From the IMG/VR virus record IMGVR_UViG_3300028559_000005: DNA of 64,000 bases. One strand, written 5' to 3'. Shown piece by piece: positions 17,690 to 27,238 of the stretch. The notes beneath the pieces are model-generated. The model did not search any database and was not told where the DNA came from. It saw nothing but the letters and a program-made list of their open reading frames with translations. Every line of letters begins with the position of its first letter. Positions within the stretch are counted from its first letter, which is position 1. Source of the stretch: a virus (Duplodnaviria; Heunggongvirae; Uroviricota; Caudoviricetes). Position numbers and translations under genes: made by a program.

Positions 17690-17853
17690 TATGCTCGTTC
17701 CACTTCCACAACAACACCGGGACCAGCCAGTTCTTCAGCAACTGATGCCAGTGCAGACAGCACATCGTCAGTGGCCACTGTATCTGGAGTGGTATCGTCT
17801 TTGACCAATTTTGATAGCTTGATCACAACTATTTCTTCGTAAATTTTTGCCAT
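17689..17853 (-). CDS. 54-aa hypothetical protein (below the track cutoff)
   Basis: MAKIYEEIVVIKLSKLVKDD...VVEVERA*; TAATG overlap with the downstream gene; ATAAATA 4 nt upstream of the ATG. Confidence 0.7.
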   Translation of the reverse strand: MAKIYEEIVVIKLSKLVKDDTTPDTVATDDVLSALASVAEELAGPGVVVEVERA

Positions 17854-17860
17854 ACTGTAT

Positions 17861-18553
17861 TTATGGTCGTTTTTGCACTTGTACGGTTTTACGAGTTAGC
17901 CCAGGGCATAGCATTGCCAGCATGGTAATATGCTTGAGATCATTGTGTTCTACAAAATAATGTTCCCGGCTCCATGATGAATGCGGTTTTGTTCTACCCC
18001 ATCGGTAACCTTGTAGTATAGTATCAGTGAACCATTTTTCAGTAACAGGACTGGCCACGAGATCTGGAGCCTGATGGCTGATCCAATTCCACACTGCTTG
18101 TTTTTTATCTGTGGACAGCTTCTTTTCTTTAAGATAAGTTCTGTAAGGATATTTGGGTTGATTGTTTAACATGACAACATCCCTGGAATACGCAAGTACT
18201 GCTTGTTTCATAGTGGATTTTGTTGGATAATTCCTGTACATTGTCTCAACGTCTTTGATGTCATTGGTGTACACATGAAATCTATTTTGCCCATAGGTGC
18301 GATGAATGTATGCACTGCGAAGATTTTCTAATACGTCCACTGCATGCATTATGTTTTGTTTGGTCAATTCGTCAGTCACTGGGTGTCCAACTGACAAATT
18401 ATATTGATCACGTCTATGTAACCGTTCCAGGATCTTTGTGAGAGAAAGATTGTTCAACAGCCACGCACCATCAATATCAAAACTTATTGCATATTCATAC
18501 TTTCCAAAATAAAGTGATCCGCGTGGGTCACACTGTAAATAGGGTAGTGACAT
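17861..18553 (-). CDS. Hypothetical protein
   Basis: 230-aa ORF overlapping the end of clpA. Confidence 0.6.
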   Translation of the reverse strand: MSLPYLQCDPRGSLYFGKYEYAISFDIDGAWLLNNLSLTKILERLHRRDQYNLSVGHPVTDELTKQNIMHAVDVLENLRSAYIHRTYGQNRFHVYTNDIKDVETMYRNYPTKSTMKQAVLAYSRDVVMLNNQPKYPYRTYLKEKKLSTDKKQAVWNWISHQAPDLVASPVTEKWFTDTILQGYRWGRTKPHSSWSREHYFVEHNDLKHITMLAMLCPGLTRKTVQVQKRP

Positions 18554-20795
18554 GCTGTGGTTCCTTTAGTTCAAATACAATCTTGTTGTCTTGCAATTCT
18601 ACATTCAATGAACAGTCAGTCAATTGTTCAAACAAAATGCGTCGACTCAATGGTACACGAATCAATTCATCAATTTTGCGATTCAACGGACGAGCACCCA
18701 TTTTGCTGTCGTAGCCTTTTTCTGCCAACAACTCAATCACTTCTTCAGAGAAAAACAACCGGATATTCTTTTCTGCTACACTTGATTTAAGCTGATCCAA
18801 GAACTTCACAACAATCTTCTTGATAGCCAGGGTATCCAACTTGGTAAACTTGCAAATTTTATCAATACGATTGCGTAGCTCTGGGCGGAAGAACTCTTTC
18901 ATTGCACGATCTTCTTCTCCAGATTTTTCCAAATCAGTACTGAATCCAATGTTGTTGGTTTCATTGTCTCTGGCACCTAAGTTAGATGTCATGATGATAA
19001 TGGTATTTTTGCAGTCTACCCGTTTGCCGTTTGCACCTGTTACATGTCCTTCGTCTAGCATTTGCAGCAGGATATTAGTAACATCCGAATGTGCTTTTTC
19101 AATTTCATCAAACAAGATCACAGAGAATGGATGTTTACTCAGATCTGAAATTAGTTTACCACCGCCTACATTACCATCTTCAAATCCCACATAGCCTGGA
19201 GGTGCACCAATCAAACTGCTGACAGAGAACTTCTCTTGAAACTCACTCATGTCATAACGTAACAAGTGCATGTCCAAGTTTTCACTCAATAGCTTGGCCA
19301 ATTCAGTTTTGCCTGTACCAGTTGGACCCAAGAACAAGAAACTTGCCATGGGCTTGCCTTGTGTGCCAATTCCTGAGAAGTTGATATACACACGTTCTAG
19401 TACTGAATCCACAGCTTCTTCTTGTCCGTAGAGTTTTTGTTTGATGTTACTTTCTAAATCCACAATCTTCAAACTGCGTTCATTTTGCAGTCTATCAGTG
19501 GGTACACCAGTCACTCTTGCCACTTGTTCTTCGATCATGCTTTTATTAACAGTGACCTGGCCTGCATCCCGAACACGTTCTCTAGCACAGGCAGCATCCA
19601 GCAAATCGATACTTTTGTCTGGATTCTTCTTGTCATGAATATAACGAGCAGCAAGATCCACAGCAGCAGTCATGGCTTCTGTGTCAATCAGTACATTGTG
19701 GAATGTTTCCAAACGTGGGCTCAGTCCAATTAGAATTTTTTCTGTAGTGTCACGATCAGGTTCATCAATGCTGAGACGATAGAACCGACGCATGAGTGCT
19801 CGATCTTTCTCAAATGATTCGTAGTATTCTTCCCAAGTTGTGCTGGCAATAACTTTCAAATGCCCTTTGGTAATTGCTGGTTTCAACATGTTGGCAAAGT
19901 CCAAGCTGCCCGAACTGCCTGCTCCTGCACCTTTCATGGTATGTGCTTCGTCCACGAACAAAATACACTTCTTCTTGGCTTCCAGTGCAGCAATCACTGC
20001 TTTAAACTTTTCTTCAAAGTCCCCGCGATATTTGGATCCTGCTACCAAACTGCCAATTTCAAGACTCCACACTTCGTGATCTTTGAGGAACTTGGGCACA
20101 CGATTTTGTGCAATTTCCTGCGCAAGTCCTTCGATGATGGCAGTTTTGCCCACACCTGGATCACCTACCATGAGTACATTGGCTTTGAAACGACGTGCTA
20201 GTACAGCAATCATTTCGTCCAGTTCTGTCGAGCGGCCAATTAACGGCTCTAATTGATCAGCAGCAGCCATGGCACTCAGACTGGTACAATATTCTTCCAG
20301 CACTTCAGTAGCTTGTTGACTATTCATACCTGCGGCTGCACGTTCTGACTTGTAGTTCTTGGTCCAAAAATCCACAAATTCAGCTTTGTGTACGCCGTAT
20401 TTCAGCAAGAAGTAGTGTGCATTGCTGTTGGTCTCGCCCATGATGGCCAAGTACAAGTCCACAGTGACCACTTGTCTACGTCCTGTAAACAACACCTGTG
20501 TTAGAGCACGATTAAACACTCGTTCTAATGAAGCGGTTTTGCGTGGAGTCAAATCTTCCCCAGCACGAATCAGACTTTGTAGGCTTTCTAAATAGCCACA
20601 CAGTTCAGTTTCCAACATGACCACGTCACAGCCATATTTGGATAAAGTTTTTCTAAATGGATCATGTCTTACGAGACTCAACAGTAAATGTTCTGTTAGC
20701 ACATATTCGTGTTGCCATGTACGTGCGATTTGCACTGCGCCTTCGATGATAGCGTCAATTTCGGGATTGTCTTGGATTTGATTTGAATTGCTCAT
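18528..20795 (-). CDS. clpA: ClpA-like AAA+ chaperone (Clp ATPase subunit)
   Basis: Clp N-domain (HEYVLTEHLLL); two Walker A motifs, GDPGVGKT and GPTGTGKT; GAPPGYVG; GARPL. Confidence 0.92.
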   Translation of the reverse strand: MSNSNQIQDNPEIDAIIEGAVQIARTWQHEYVLTEHLLLSLVRHDPFRKTLSKYGCDVVMLETELCGYLESLQSLIRAGEDLTPRKTASLERVFNRALTQVLFTGRRQVVTVDLYLAIMGETNSNAHYFLLKYGVHKAEFVDFWTKNYKSERAAAGMNSQQATEVLEEYCTSLSAMAAADQLEPLIGRSTELDEMIAVLARRFKANVLMVGDPGVGKTAIIEGLAQEIAQNRVPKFLKDHEVWSLEIGSLVAGSKYRGDFEEKFKAVIAALEAKKKCILFVDEAHTMKGAGAGSSGSLDFANMLKPAITKGHLKVIASTTWEEYYESFEKDRALMRRFYRLSIDEPDRDTTEKILIGLSPRLETFHNVLIDTEAMTAAVDLAARYIHDKKNPDKSIDLLDAACARERVRDAGQVTVNKSMIEEQVARVTGVPTDRLQNERSLKIVDLESNIKQKLYGQEEAVDSVLERVYINFSGIGTQGKPMASFLFLGPTGTGKTELAKLLSENLDMHLLRYDMSEFQEKFSVSSLIGAPPGYVGFEDGNVGGGKLISDLSKHPFSVILFDEIEKAHSDVTNILLQMLDEGHVTGANGKRVDCKNTIIIMTSNLGARDNETNNIGFSTDLEKSGEEDRAMKEFFRPELRNRIDKICKFTKLDTLAIKKIVVKFLDQLKSSVAEKNIRLFFSEEVIELLAEKGYDSKMGARPLNRKIDELIRVPLSRRILFEQLTDCSLNVELQDNKIVFELKEPQHVTTLFTV

Positions 20796-20842
20796 GTGGA
20801 CAGTATACTATAGATCTCAATAGAGATCAACCTTTCACGTAC

Positions 20843-21625
20843 TTATTCGGCAGATTCCTGCTGTATAGCAGCCATTAATCCTGGAGAGATTCTGGCAGGC
20901 AATCTAGCTTGCACCCGGACCAACATATCTCCCAGCTGCCCATTACGATCTGGTAATCCACGACCTCTGGCACGCAACATGCTGTTGGGTTGTGTGTTGG
21001 GTGGTATGCTGAGTTCAATTCGATTGCCACGTATGTCCAACATGGGAATATCACCCCCGGTTATTAGTTTCCAAATAGACACAGTGGTTTCAGTATGTAC
21101 ATTGTTGTTGACTCGTTGCCATGTTTTATCTGGATGTACCCGGAATGTGATCACAAGATCCTGCCCATTAGGACCAATATTAGGGTATTGCACATTGTCT
21201 CCATCTGCGATGCCGTTGGGTATGTTGATTTCAACATTGTGTGTGCCGGTGTGTGTGCCCATAGAAACCACTCTAGACCCTGGAGCAGCTACATCTTGTA
21301 TGGTCACCCACAAGGTCATTCTGGCATGTCCACGCTGTTGCGGCTGCTGGAATTTGGCTCCAAACATGTTGAAGATTTCGTTGAAATCAAAGTTATGATG
21401 GAACCCCCCACCTCCAACTGGATGTTGTGGCTGCGGGTTATTATAAGCTGCTCGTTTTTGTTCGTCGCCAAGAGTTTCGTAAGCTGCTTGAATCTCTTGG
21501 AATTTTGTTGTGGAACCACCTGCTCTATCTGGGTGATATGTACTTGCTAATTTTCTATATGCTTTTTTTATTTCATCAGCAGAAGCTGTGCGGGCAACGC
21601 CTAGGGTAGAATAGTGATCAGTCAT
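20843..21625 (-). CDS. dnaJ: DnaJ/CbpA-like co-chaperone without zinc finger
   Basis: J-domain YSTLGV...IKKAYRKLA..YHPD; G/F-rich linker; C-terminal GRGLP..GQLGDMLV. Confidence 0.9.
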   Translation of the reverse strand: MTDHYSTLGVARTASADEIKKAYRKLASTYHPDRAGGSTTKFQEIQAAYETLGDEQKRAAYNNPQPQHPVGGGGFHHNFDFNEIFNMFGAKFQQPQQRGHARMTLWVTIQDVAAPGSRVVSMGTHTGTHNVEINIPNGIADGDNVQYPNIGPNGQDLVITFRVHPDKTWQRVNNNVHTETTVSIWKLITGGDIPMLDIRGNRIELSIPPNTQPNSMLRARGRGLPDRNGQLGDMLVRVQARLPARISPGLMAAIQQESAE

Positions 21626-21653
21626 TGTGTGTAGTTATACACACAGCAATGGA

Positions 21654-21863
21654 TCATTTCTTTTCAGGAACCTTAGTACCTTCTAGTTTTTCATGTTTCT
21701 TCATGTTTTTGCAATTTTGTTTCACTTTGCCGTTGGCATCCTTGACTGGTTTTCCATTGCGGTCTTTAACATCCACGCAAACCCTTACAGTTTCTTTGGC
21801 CGCTTCGGCAATTACAAATTGACTACCCAGAGCCAGTGAGAGTGCGATCAACAGTTTTTTCAT
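21654..21863 (-). CDS. Small secreted basic protein with signal peptide and two Cys
   Basis: MKKLLIALSLALGSQFVIA; RVCVD...KQNCKN. Confidence 0.6.
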   Translation of the reverse strand: MKKLLIALSLALGSQFVIAEAAKETVRVCVDVKDRNGKPVKDANGKVKQNCKNMKKHEKLEGTKVPEKK

Positions 21864-21933
21864 ATTACTTTCCTATTTTTTGATTAAGTTCTTTTATTCA
21901 ATAAATGCGCCTTTAGCGGATTCTTCTGCCATG

Positions 21934-22500
21934 TTATCTTTCTGGGAATGGTGGGATCACAGGAGCTGGTCTACCACCCCATCCTGTGACAACTTCTGCG
22001 TTAACAGGTGCCATGGTTCCAAATCCTGTATTTCCGCCAAAGCTTGTTGCCGAAGGTGCACCTCCAAAGCCACTTCCTCCGCCCAGGGACGGTGAGCCCC
22101 AGGACTGATTAACGGGTGTTGATGTACCAAACGCACCAGGGACGGACGGTCTCACAGACCCAGGCGGCATGTATGTTGTTCCAACATTTGGTGGTAAGGC
22201 AATTCCTCCATTGTTAGCTCCTCCGAGTTTTTCTTGTGTGCGACCGTAGGCTGCAATACCCAACACAGCGCCCATTGCTATGTGATATAGCCCAGCACCT
22301 TGTAGAGTCAACGGTTGCCATTGTGTTTGTACACTGCCATGAAATAAACTCTGTGTCAAACTCCAAAGAACTGGTGCTAACACAAAATCAAATATGCAGG
22401 TAATCATATAGGTCCATCCCATCATCGGACGCCATTTTGAATTCATCCAGTCTTCTTTGGCTTTTTCGCTAGAACTTGTTTGATGATTTTTTTTTGTCAT
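21934..22500 (-). CDS. Holin (GTA-type 3TM family)
   Basis: DWMNSKWRPMMGWTY...hydrophobic segments...AAYGRTQEK; adjacent to the endolysin. Confidence 0.75.
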   Translation of the reverse strand: MTKKNHQTSSSEKAKEDWMNSKWRPMMGWTYMITCIFDFVLAPVLWSLTQSLFHGSVQTQWQPLTLQGAGLYHIAMGAVLGIAAYGRTQEKLGGANNGGIALPPNVGTTYMPPGSVRPSVPGAFGTSTPVNQSWGSPSLGGGSGFGGAPSATSFGGNTGFGTMAPVNAEVVTGWGGRPAPVIPPFPER

Positions 22501-22501
22501 T

Positions 22502-23122
22502 TTATACTCCCATCACATGTAATGCATGTTCATAATGTCGGATACGATCTTCTAATCCAATATAACCGCCATTGATGGCTCTGGTAAGCCCTTTTATATC
22601 TCCTGCGTCGGCAAATCTATTCAAGTTGTTGGTTTCCCAAAACCAGCAAGCTGATTGCGCAGCACCTTCAAATGTGGCCAAATATTCACTGGCTTCTTCT
22701 ACTGGAATCTCCAAACTGCCAGCAAAGAATGTGTAGTTGTCACGACCGGTAAGCTGTATCAACCCACGACCACAGAACCGATATCCATCGCCGCTGGCTT
22801 CATCGCCGTTGCCCATGCGATTAGCATAAACTCTGTTGGCAATTTTTTCAGGCCGATTTGCATAAGCTGCTGCAATAGTATCATCAGTGAAATATTTGGC
22901 AAATGTTTTTCTTAGACTAGCAGCACGATAGTTAAGATTTTCTTTAACAAAAACAAAATTTCCTGACTCATGAGCGCATTGTGCAATAAAGGCCGACACT
23001 CTGGCAGGTGTGTTGATATCATAATCGGGCAACAGTTGATCAATAGCTTGGTACCAATGATCAATGTAGGGATTTTTAACCATTTGTTTAAGTTGACTTA
23101 GTGACAATATTGAGTTGCTCAT
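22502..23122 (-). CDS. Endolysin, glycoside hydrolase family 19
   Basis: AFIAQCAHESG, GDGYRFCGRGLIQLTGRDNY, TRAINGG.IGLEDR. Confidence 0.92.
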   Translation of the reverse strand: MSNSILSLSQLKQMVKNPYIDHWYQAIDQLLPDYDINTPARVSAFIAQCAHESGNFVFVKENLNYRAASLRKTFAKYFTDDTIAAAYANRPEKIANRVYANRMGNGDEASGDGYRFCGRGLIQLTGRDNYTFFAGSLEIPVEEASEYLATFEGAAQSACWFWETNNLNRFADAGDIKGLTRAINGGYIGLEDRIRHYEHALHVMGV

Positions 23123-23382
23123 TTTGTGTTATCCCATATTTTTTTTTGTTTCACATACCATTCTTGCCAACCTGAGTTTTTGGCTGAACATTCGTGATAT
23201 GTTGTGTAGTTTTCCGTGACTGTTTTTACAAAATCTACTATGCTGACCTGTTCTCCAGAAATGGTCTTTAGATCAGCACAGCGTTCCATTAACATTTCTG
23301 GTGCTGCCGGGAACTCAGCAACCACTGGTACAGATGTGCAAGCTGACAAACTCATGACTAGTGGAATTACAATATACTTCAT
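23119..23382 (-). CDS. o-spanin (Rz1-like lipoprotein)
   Basis: Lipobox LSAC; FPAAPEMLM proline stretch; lies in the lysis cassette. Confidence 0.75.
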   Translation of the reverse strand: MKYIVIPLVMSLSACTSVPVVAEFPAAPEMLMERCADLKTISGEQVSIVDFVKTVTENYTTYHECSAKNSGWQEWYVKQKKIWDNTK

Positions 23383-23870
23383 TTGTTTTTCTCAACGGGT
23401 TGATTTAGTGCTGCCGCATTGTGCGTGTCAATAACGACTGAAGGTATAGGACAAATTTCCACAAAGCGAATCACTTCTTGATTGCGAACCACTTCTCTGT
23501 CTATGTAACTAACAATGTTCTGTCCTTTTTCTCGTATGACTTTGGTGTTGTTTACCAGTTTGGTTATTACTTGTGTATTGGTTTCTGCACTGAGTTTTTC
23601 TGCTGCTGCTACTTTTGCTTCTGCTTCACGCACACGTTCTCGCCAGGCCATTTCTGTTGAATATCCGCCTTTGAAATAAACACCCGTGGTCAACAGCACT
23701 ATGCCCAGGACCTGCAGAGGTATTCTATAAGTGTTTACAAACGGAATAAAACGCACAAAAAAGCCGGCCACTGTGGTCAGTGCGCCGGCTATTAGAATGG
23801 TGTTGACGATCCATGAAATGAATGCGTCAGGAAGAAGATGTAAGATCCACATGCAGATATTTATCTGCAA
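23379..23870 (-). CDS. i-spanin (Rz-like)
   Basis: N-terminal TM segments, then a coiled-coil (AWRERVREAEAKVAAAE) and a C-terminal Cys. Confidence 0.7.
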   Translation of the reverse strand: MQINICMWILHLLPDAFISWIVNTILIAGALTTVAGFFVRFIPFVNTYRIPLQVLGIVLLTTGVYFKGGYSTEMAWRERVREAEAKVAAAEKLSAETNTQVITKLVNNTKVIREKGQNIVSYIDREVVRNQEVIRFVEICPIPSVVIDTHNAAALNQPVEKNK

Positions 23871-23876
23871 ATGGTA

Positions 23877-24734
23877 TTATAATCCCATGCTTTTTCTTAT
23901 GTTTGTAGCTGATATACTTGTGATAGATTCATCAAACTTTTCTTCTTCTATTGTATATCCTACCCCACGACCGTAGCCAATGTGAGTGATATTAGGAACT
24001 ACTAATATTTCGTATTGCCCTTGATACAATGTATCAAGATCTCGTTTAATAGCTTGTTTGACCTGGTCGATAGCAAATGGATTACTGCCTTGCCAGCCCT
24101 GGCAGTCGCGAATCATGATGCATACTTGTCCTGTTCGTTGTATCAATCTATCAAACAATGCACGATGCCCGGCATGCCACGGTTGCCAGCGACCCAACAT
24201 CTGTATAGTTTCTTTCTTGAAATCAAACACAGGTCTACGGCGATTGTCTAGTATGTGTTGCCCAATGAATTCTACCCATTTTTCAGCGTTTTGTTCTGTG
24301 ATTCTGAAATCATATACATTCGGAGGAATAAAGGCTCGGTTAGTATCATCATATCTACCAGCATCAATTGTGTCCATCCAGATGGTCCAATCTGCTTTAA
24401 AATTGTTTCTCATTTCGGGCAATGGTGCAACAAAGTCACAGATAACAAAGTCGCCCGAACATTTAACAGCGAACTCAAACATTCTTAAACTTTGTCGAAT
24501 TCTACCTTCTCTGCTGAAATCCCAATCATTAAATCGTTTGCGTATTTCATCTGCGTTAAACCAGTCTACTTTTACATTGTAAAAATCAGGTCCAGGAATA
24601 CCCTCATAATCTAACACACGCCCTGGAGATATTTTCATAACATCTCCGTGTTGTTCTAGATATCTTTTTAATTTTTCGGCAAAGTATGTTTTGCCTGCAC
24701 CTGGAAGACCCATTATCAATATTTTTTGTGTCAT
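23877..24734 (-). CDS. Fusion of an APS-kinase-like P-loop kinase and an HxGH nucleotidyltransferase
   Basis: GLPGAGKT, NADEIR, RIRQSLR; C-terminal MLGRWQPWHAGH...SISATNIR. Confidence 0.8.
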   Translation of the reverse strand: MTQKILIMGLPGAGKTYFAEKLKRYLEQHGDVMKISPGRVLDYEGIPGPDFYNVKVDWFNADEIRKRFNDWDFSREGRIRQSLRMFEFAVKCSGDFVICDFVAPLPEMRNNFKADWTIWMDTIDAGRYDDTNRAFIPPNVYDFRITEQNAEKWVEFIGQHILDNRRRPVFDFKKETIQMLGRWQPWHAGHRALFDRLIQRTGQVCIMIRDCQGWQGSNPFAIDQVKQAIKRDLDTLYQGQYEILVVPNITHIGYGRGVGYTIEEEKFDESITSISATNIRKSMGL

Positions 24735-24904
24735 ATGTGTTTCTTTAATGAATAAATTGCAACATCATCTTTGTGATGATGTGCAACGTTACTAAAGTAT
24801 TTACTGCCAGCGTTTTGCCACAGAATTATTTCCCTAGACTTTTGGAGTGGTGAATCAGGTTGCAAAACATTTAACCGTTCTGCAAATGATAGATGGTGTT
24901 TTGT

Positions 24905-25483
24905 TTATAGTATACCTGCTGCGGCTTGCATGGCCTGCAAGTCTTTGCTGACCTTGGTGTAGATGGGTTTTACATCTAGGCCAGCTGCAATACGCATCTC
25001 ATTGAGATCGCCTTCTGTGCGTGCTCTATACTCATTGGGTGTAAGTGGAACCAGTTTGGCAAATGTTTCAGGGCTCCACTCATGCTTTTTCTTTTTGTAC
25101 ACCATGATCCAATCGTCGGGCTCATATTCTGTGAGTGTATTAAGATCTTTGAGAATCTCGTCAATTTGCCCAGGTGCAGCATTACGACGGCGCATTTCTA
25201 AGTACACTAGATAACGATTGGGTTTGATTTCGCCAGGGCTTTGGTCAGCATCAAGAACAAAGTCATATCCTTTTTCAAACCAATTCATGAGATCTTTGGC
25301 AGCTTGTTTGTCGCGAACAAAAAAGCTCACCACAATTACATCTGCATCTTCGCCCATCTTGGAACTGAATTCGTCGATATGCACGGTGGGCTTCATCATG
25401 CCCTCCATGTCTTTATAGCCTAACCCTTCGTTAAGCTGCCGGCGGCGCTGCTGCGGGTTGTTGAAGTTGTTGTTGTGCTGCAT
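24905..25483 (-). CDS. Hypothetical phage protein (start uncertain)
   Basis: ORF body LNEGLGYKDMEG...IDEFSSKMG. The nearest plausible ATG (25483) overlaps the upstream gene by about 50 nt. Confidence 0.6.
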   Translation of the reverse strand: MQHNNNFNNPQQRRRQLNEGLGYKDMEGMMKPTVHIDEFSSKMGEDADVIVVSFFVRDKQAAKDLMNWFEKGYDFVLDADQSPGEIKPNRYLVYLEMRRRNAAPGQIDEILKDLNTLTEYEPDDWIMVYKKKKHEWSPETFAKLVPLTPNEYRARTEGDLNEMRIAAGLDVKPIYTKVSKDLQAMQAAAGIL

Positions 25484-26015
25484 TTGCTTTCTCTTCATCT
25501 TTGTATTGATCTTTGTCGATATCTTCTGCGTAAGCATCGTCAAGATCTTGTAAATCTATTTCTTCACCTTCTAAATCAATGCTGCCTGTGCGTATATCTG
25601 CAATCAGATTCTTGGGCATGACGATCTCGACCAACCATACTTTTTTAGTTATTAATCTAGCAATATGTGTACCAGCTTCGTAGTCACTGGGTTCTGTGAC
25701 CTTGATAGGAATCTTCATGTCTACTTTTTTGAATTTTACTTCACAATCAAATGGCAGCAATCTACGTCCACCACGTGGGTCTGGCATGAGATTTTCAGGC
25801 CACATGAATATACAGCTTATTTTGTATTTGCCAATATCAGGACCTTGCACTAGTTCTCCGCGATCCCAGTTACGAAATGCATAGATATCCAGTTCATCAA
25901 GAACTCGTTCAAAATCCAACAACGTGAGCAAACTGCCCTCACTAAGGTAGATATCACGGATGTTGTCGGCGACCATCCAGTAGTCTGTGTGATCTTTAAA
26001 GATGTTTTCGTCCAT
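25431..26015 (-). CDS. Hypothetical phage protein
   Basis: 194-aa ORF with ATAAATA 5 nt upstream of the ATG. Confidence 0.65.
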   Translation of the reverse strand: MDENIFKDHTDYWMVADNIRDIYLSEGSLLTLLDFERVLDELDIYAFRNWDRGELVQGPDIGKYKISCIFMWPENLMPDPRGGRRLLPFDCEVKFKKVDMKIPIKVTEPSDYEAGTHIARLITKKVWLVEIVMPKNLIADIRTGSIDLEGEEIDLQDLDDAYAEDIDKDQYKDEEKANAAQQQLQQPAAAPPAA

Positions 26016-26180
26016 ACAGATATTTATGGCAAGAGACTAGAACCTGTGCGCTTTGATTTTTTCCGCACAGAGAAATACTTATGCCGCAAATCTCTGAAAT
26101 CTCGGTACATAGATCTCACACTACAAACACCTAAATATTCGTGCTAAACACAATTAGCAAACACTTTAGGAGAACCACAC

Positions 26181-26924
26181 TTGAGTAGACAACGCGGGGC
26201 TAAAGCCCAAATCCAAAAACGCATCACAACACATATGGTAGAAAACACAATTCCATTTAATCCAGAACCCAGGCAGCGACAACGACCTATAGAACTCATC
26301 CCAAAATCACGCAATCAAGAAAATCTCATATTAAATCTACTCAACTCAGAACAATCAATTGTAGTAGCAGTTGGCCCTGCAGGTACTGGTAAAACTTACC
26401 TGGCTATGTTGGCTGCTGTAAAAGCATTTAGAACAGGCGAATGTAAACGAATCATCCTAACACGACCGGCCATTGGCGTAGAAGACGAACAGCACGGGTT
26501 CTTACCCGGGAATCTCGTTGCCAAGATGGAACCGTGGACTCGTCCCTTGCTGGATGTATTACGCGAATACTATCGCCCGCCCGAAATTGCAGCTATGATT
26601 GACGACGGCACTATAGAAATATCACCCTTGGCCTACATGCGTGGACGAACATTTAAACATGCATGGATCATTGCGGACGAGATGCAGAACGCCACGCCAT
26701 CACAGATGAAAATGTTGTTGAGTCGCATAGGCACTGAATCACGCATTGTGGTCACCGGAGATGTAGAACAAGCTGACCGCGCCCGAGGCGAAAATGGTCT
26801 GTTAGATCTTTGTTCACGGTTAGAGCATTATCCAGTCAACGGAATGGCTGTTTGCAGGCTAACCGGGCGAGACATACAACGCCACCCAATTATAGGGAGT
26901 GTACTTGCACTATACGACAAATAA
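26181..26924 (+). CDS. phoH: PhoH-family ATPase
   Basis: GPAGTGKT, GFLPG, PLAYMRGRTF, DEMQN, GDVEQAD; TTG start after SD AGGAG. Confidence 0.95.
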   Translation: MSRQRGAKAQIQKRITTHMVENTIPFNPEPRQRQRPIELIPKSRNQENLILNLLNSEQSIVVAVGPAGTGKTYLAMLAAVKAFRTGECKRIILTRPAIGVEDEQHGFLPGNLVAKMEPWTRPLLDVLREYYRPPEIAAMIDDGTIEISPLAYMRGRTFKHAWIIADEMQNATPSQMKMLLSRIGTESRIVVTGDVEQADRARGENGLLDLCSRLEHYPVNGMAVCRLTGRDIQRHPIIGSVLALYDK

Positions 26925-26933
26925 CTGATCCAC

Positions 26934-26958
26934 AGTAATGGGCCTTGTGCCCATTACT
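26934..26958. terminator. Hairpin between convergent genes (probable bidirectional terminator)
   Basis: AGTAATGGGC-cttgt-GCCCATTACT, a perfect 10-bp stem. Confidence 0.6.
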
Positions 26959-27238
26959 CTGTGACTGCTGGTGCGGCCTTTACCAATTCGTATCCGTTTT
27001 CTGCAAACAGTCGATTGATGATGTTTTCATAATGCTGAATGTAGTATTCTACGATCTTGTTAAAGTCCTTGGGCACATTTACCCCATTCATGTGGGCTTT
27101 AACTACTTGAAGTTTTTTGAAATCTAAGATTACATTGCAGGTCTGAATATCTTTGGTTTTGAGATTTTTAGATATCTCGGCAATTTCGTCGATTTTACCA
27201 TCAGATTTTAGATAAAAGGTGATTAGAAAATATCTCAT
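26954..27238 (-). CDS. Hypothetical protein
   Basis: 94-aa ORF with an ATGA overlap to the clamp loader gene. Confidence 0.6.
   Translation of the reverse strand: MRYFLITFYLKSDGKIDEIAEISKNLKTKDIQTCNVILDFKKLQVVKAHMNGVNVPKDFNKIVEYYIQHYENIINRLFAENGYELVKAAPAVTE

Noticed and set aside
24745-24785. Hairpin ACATCATC-tttgt-GATGATGT upstream of the kinase fusion as a riboswitch or regulatory RNA
   Set aside because: It has only an 8-bp AT-rich stem with no second copy or family resemblance, so it could arise by chance.
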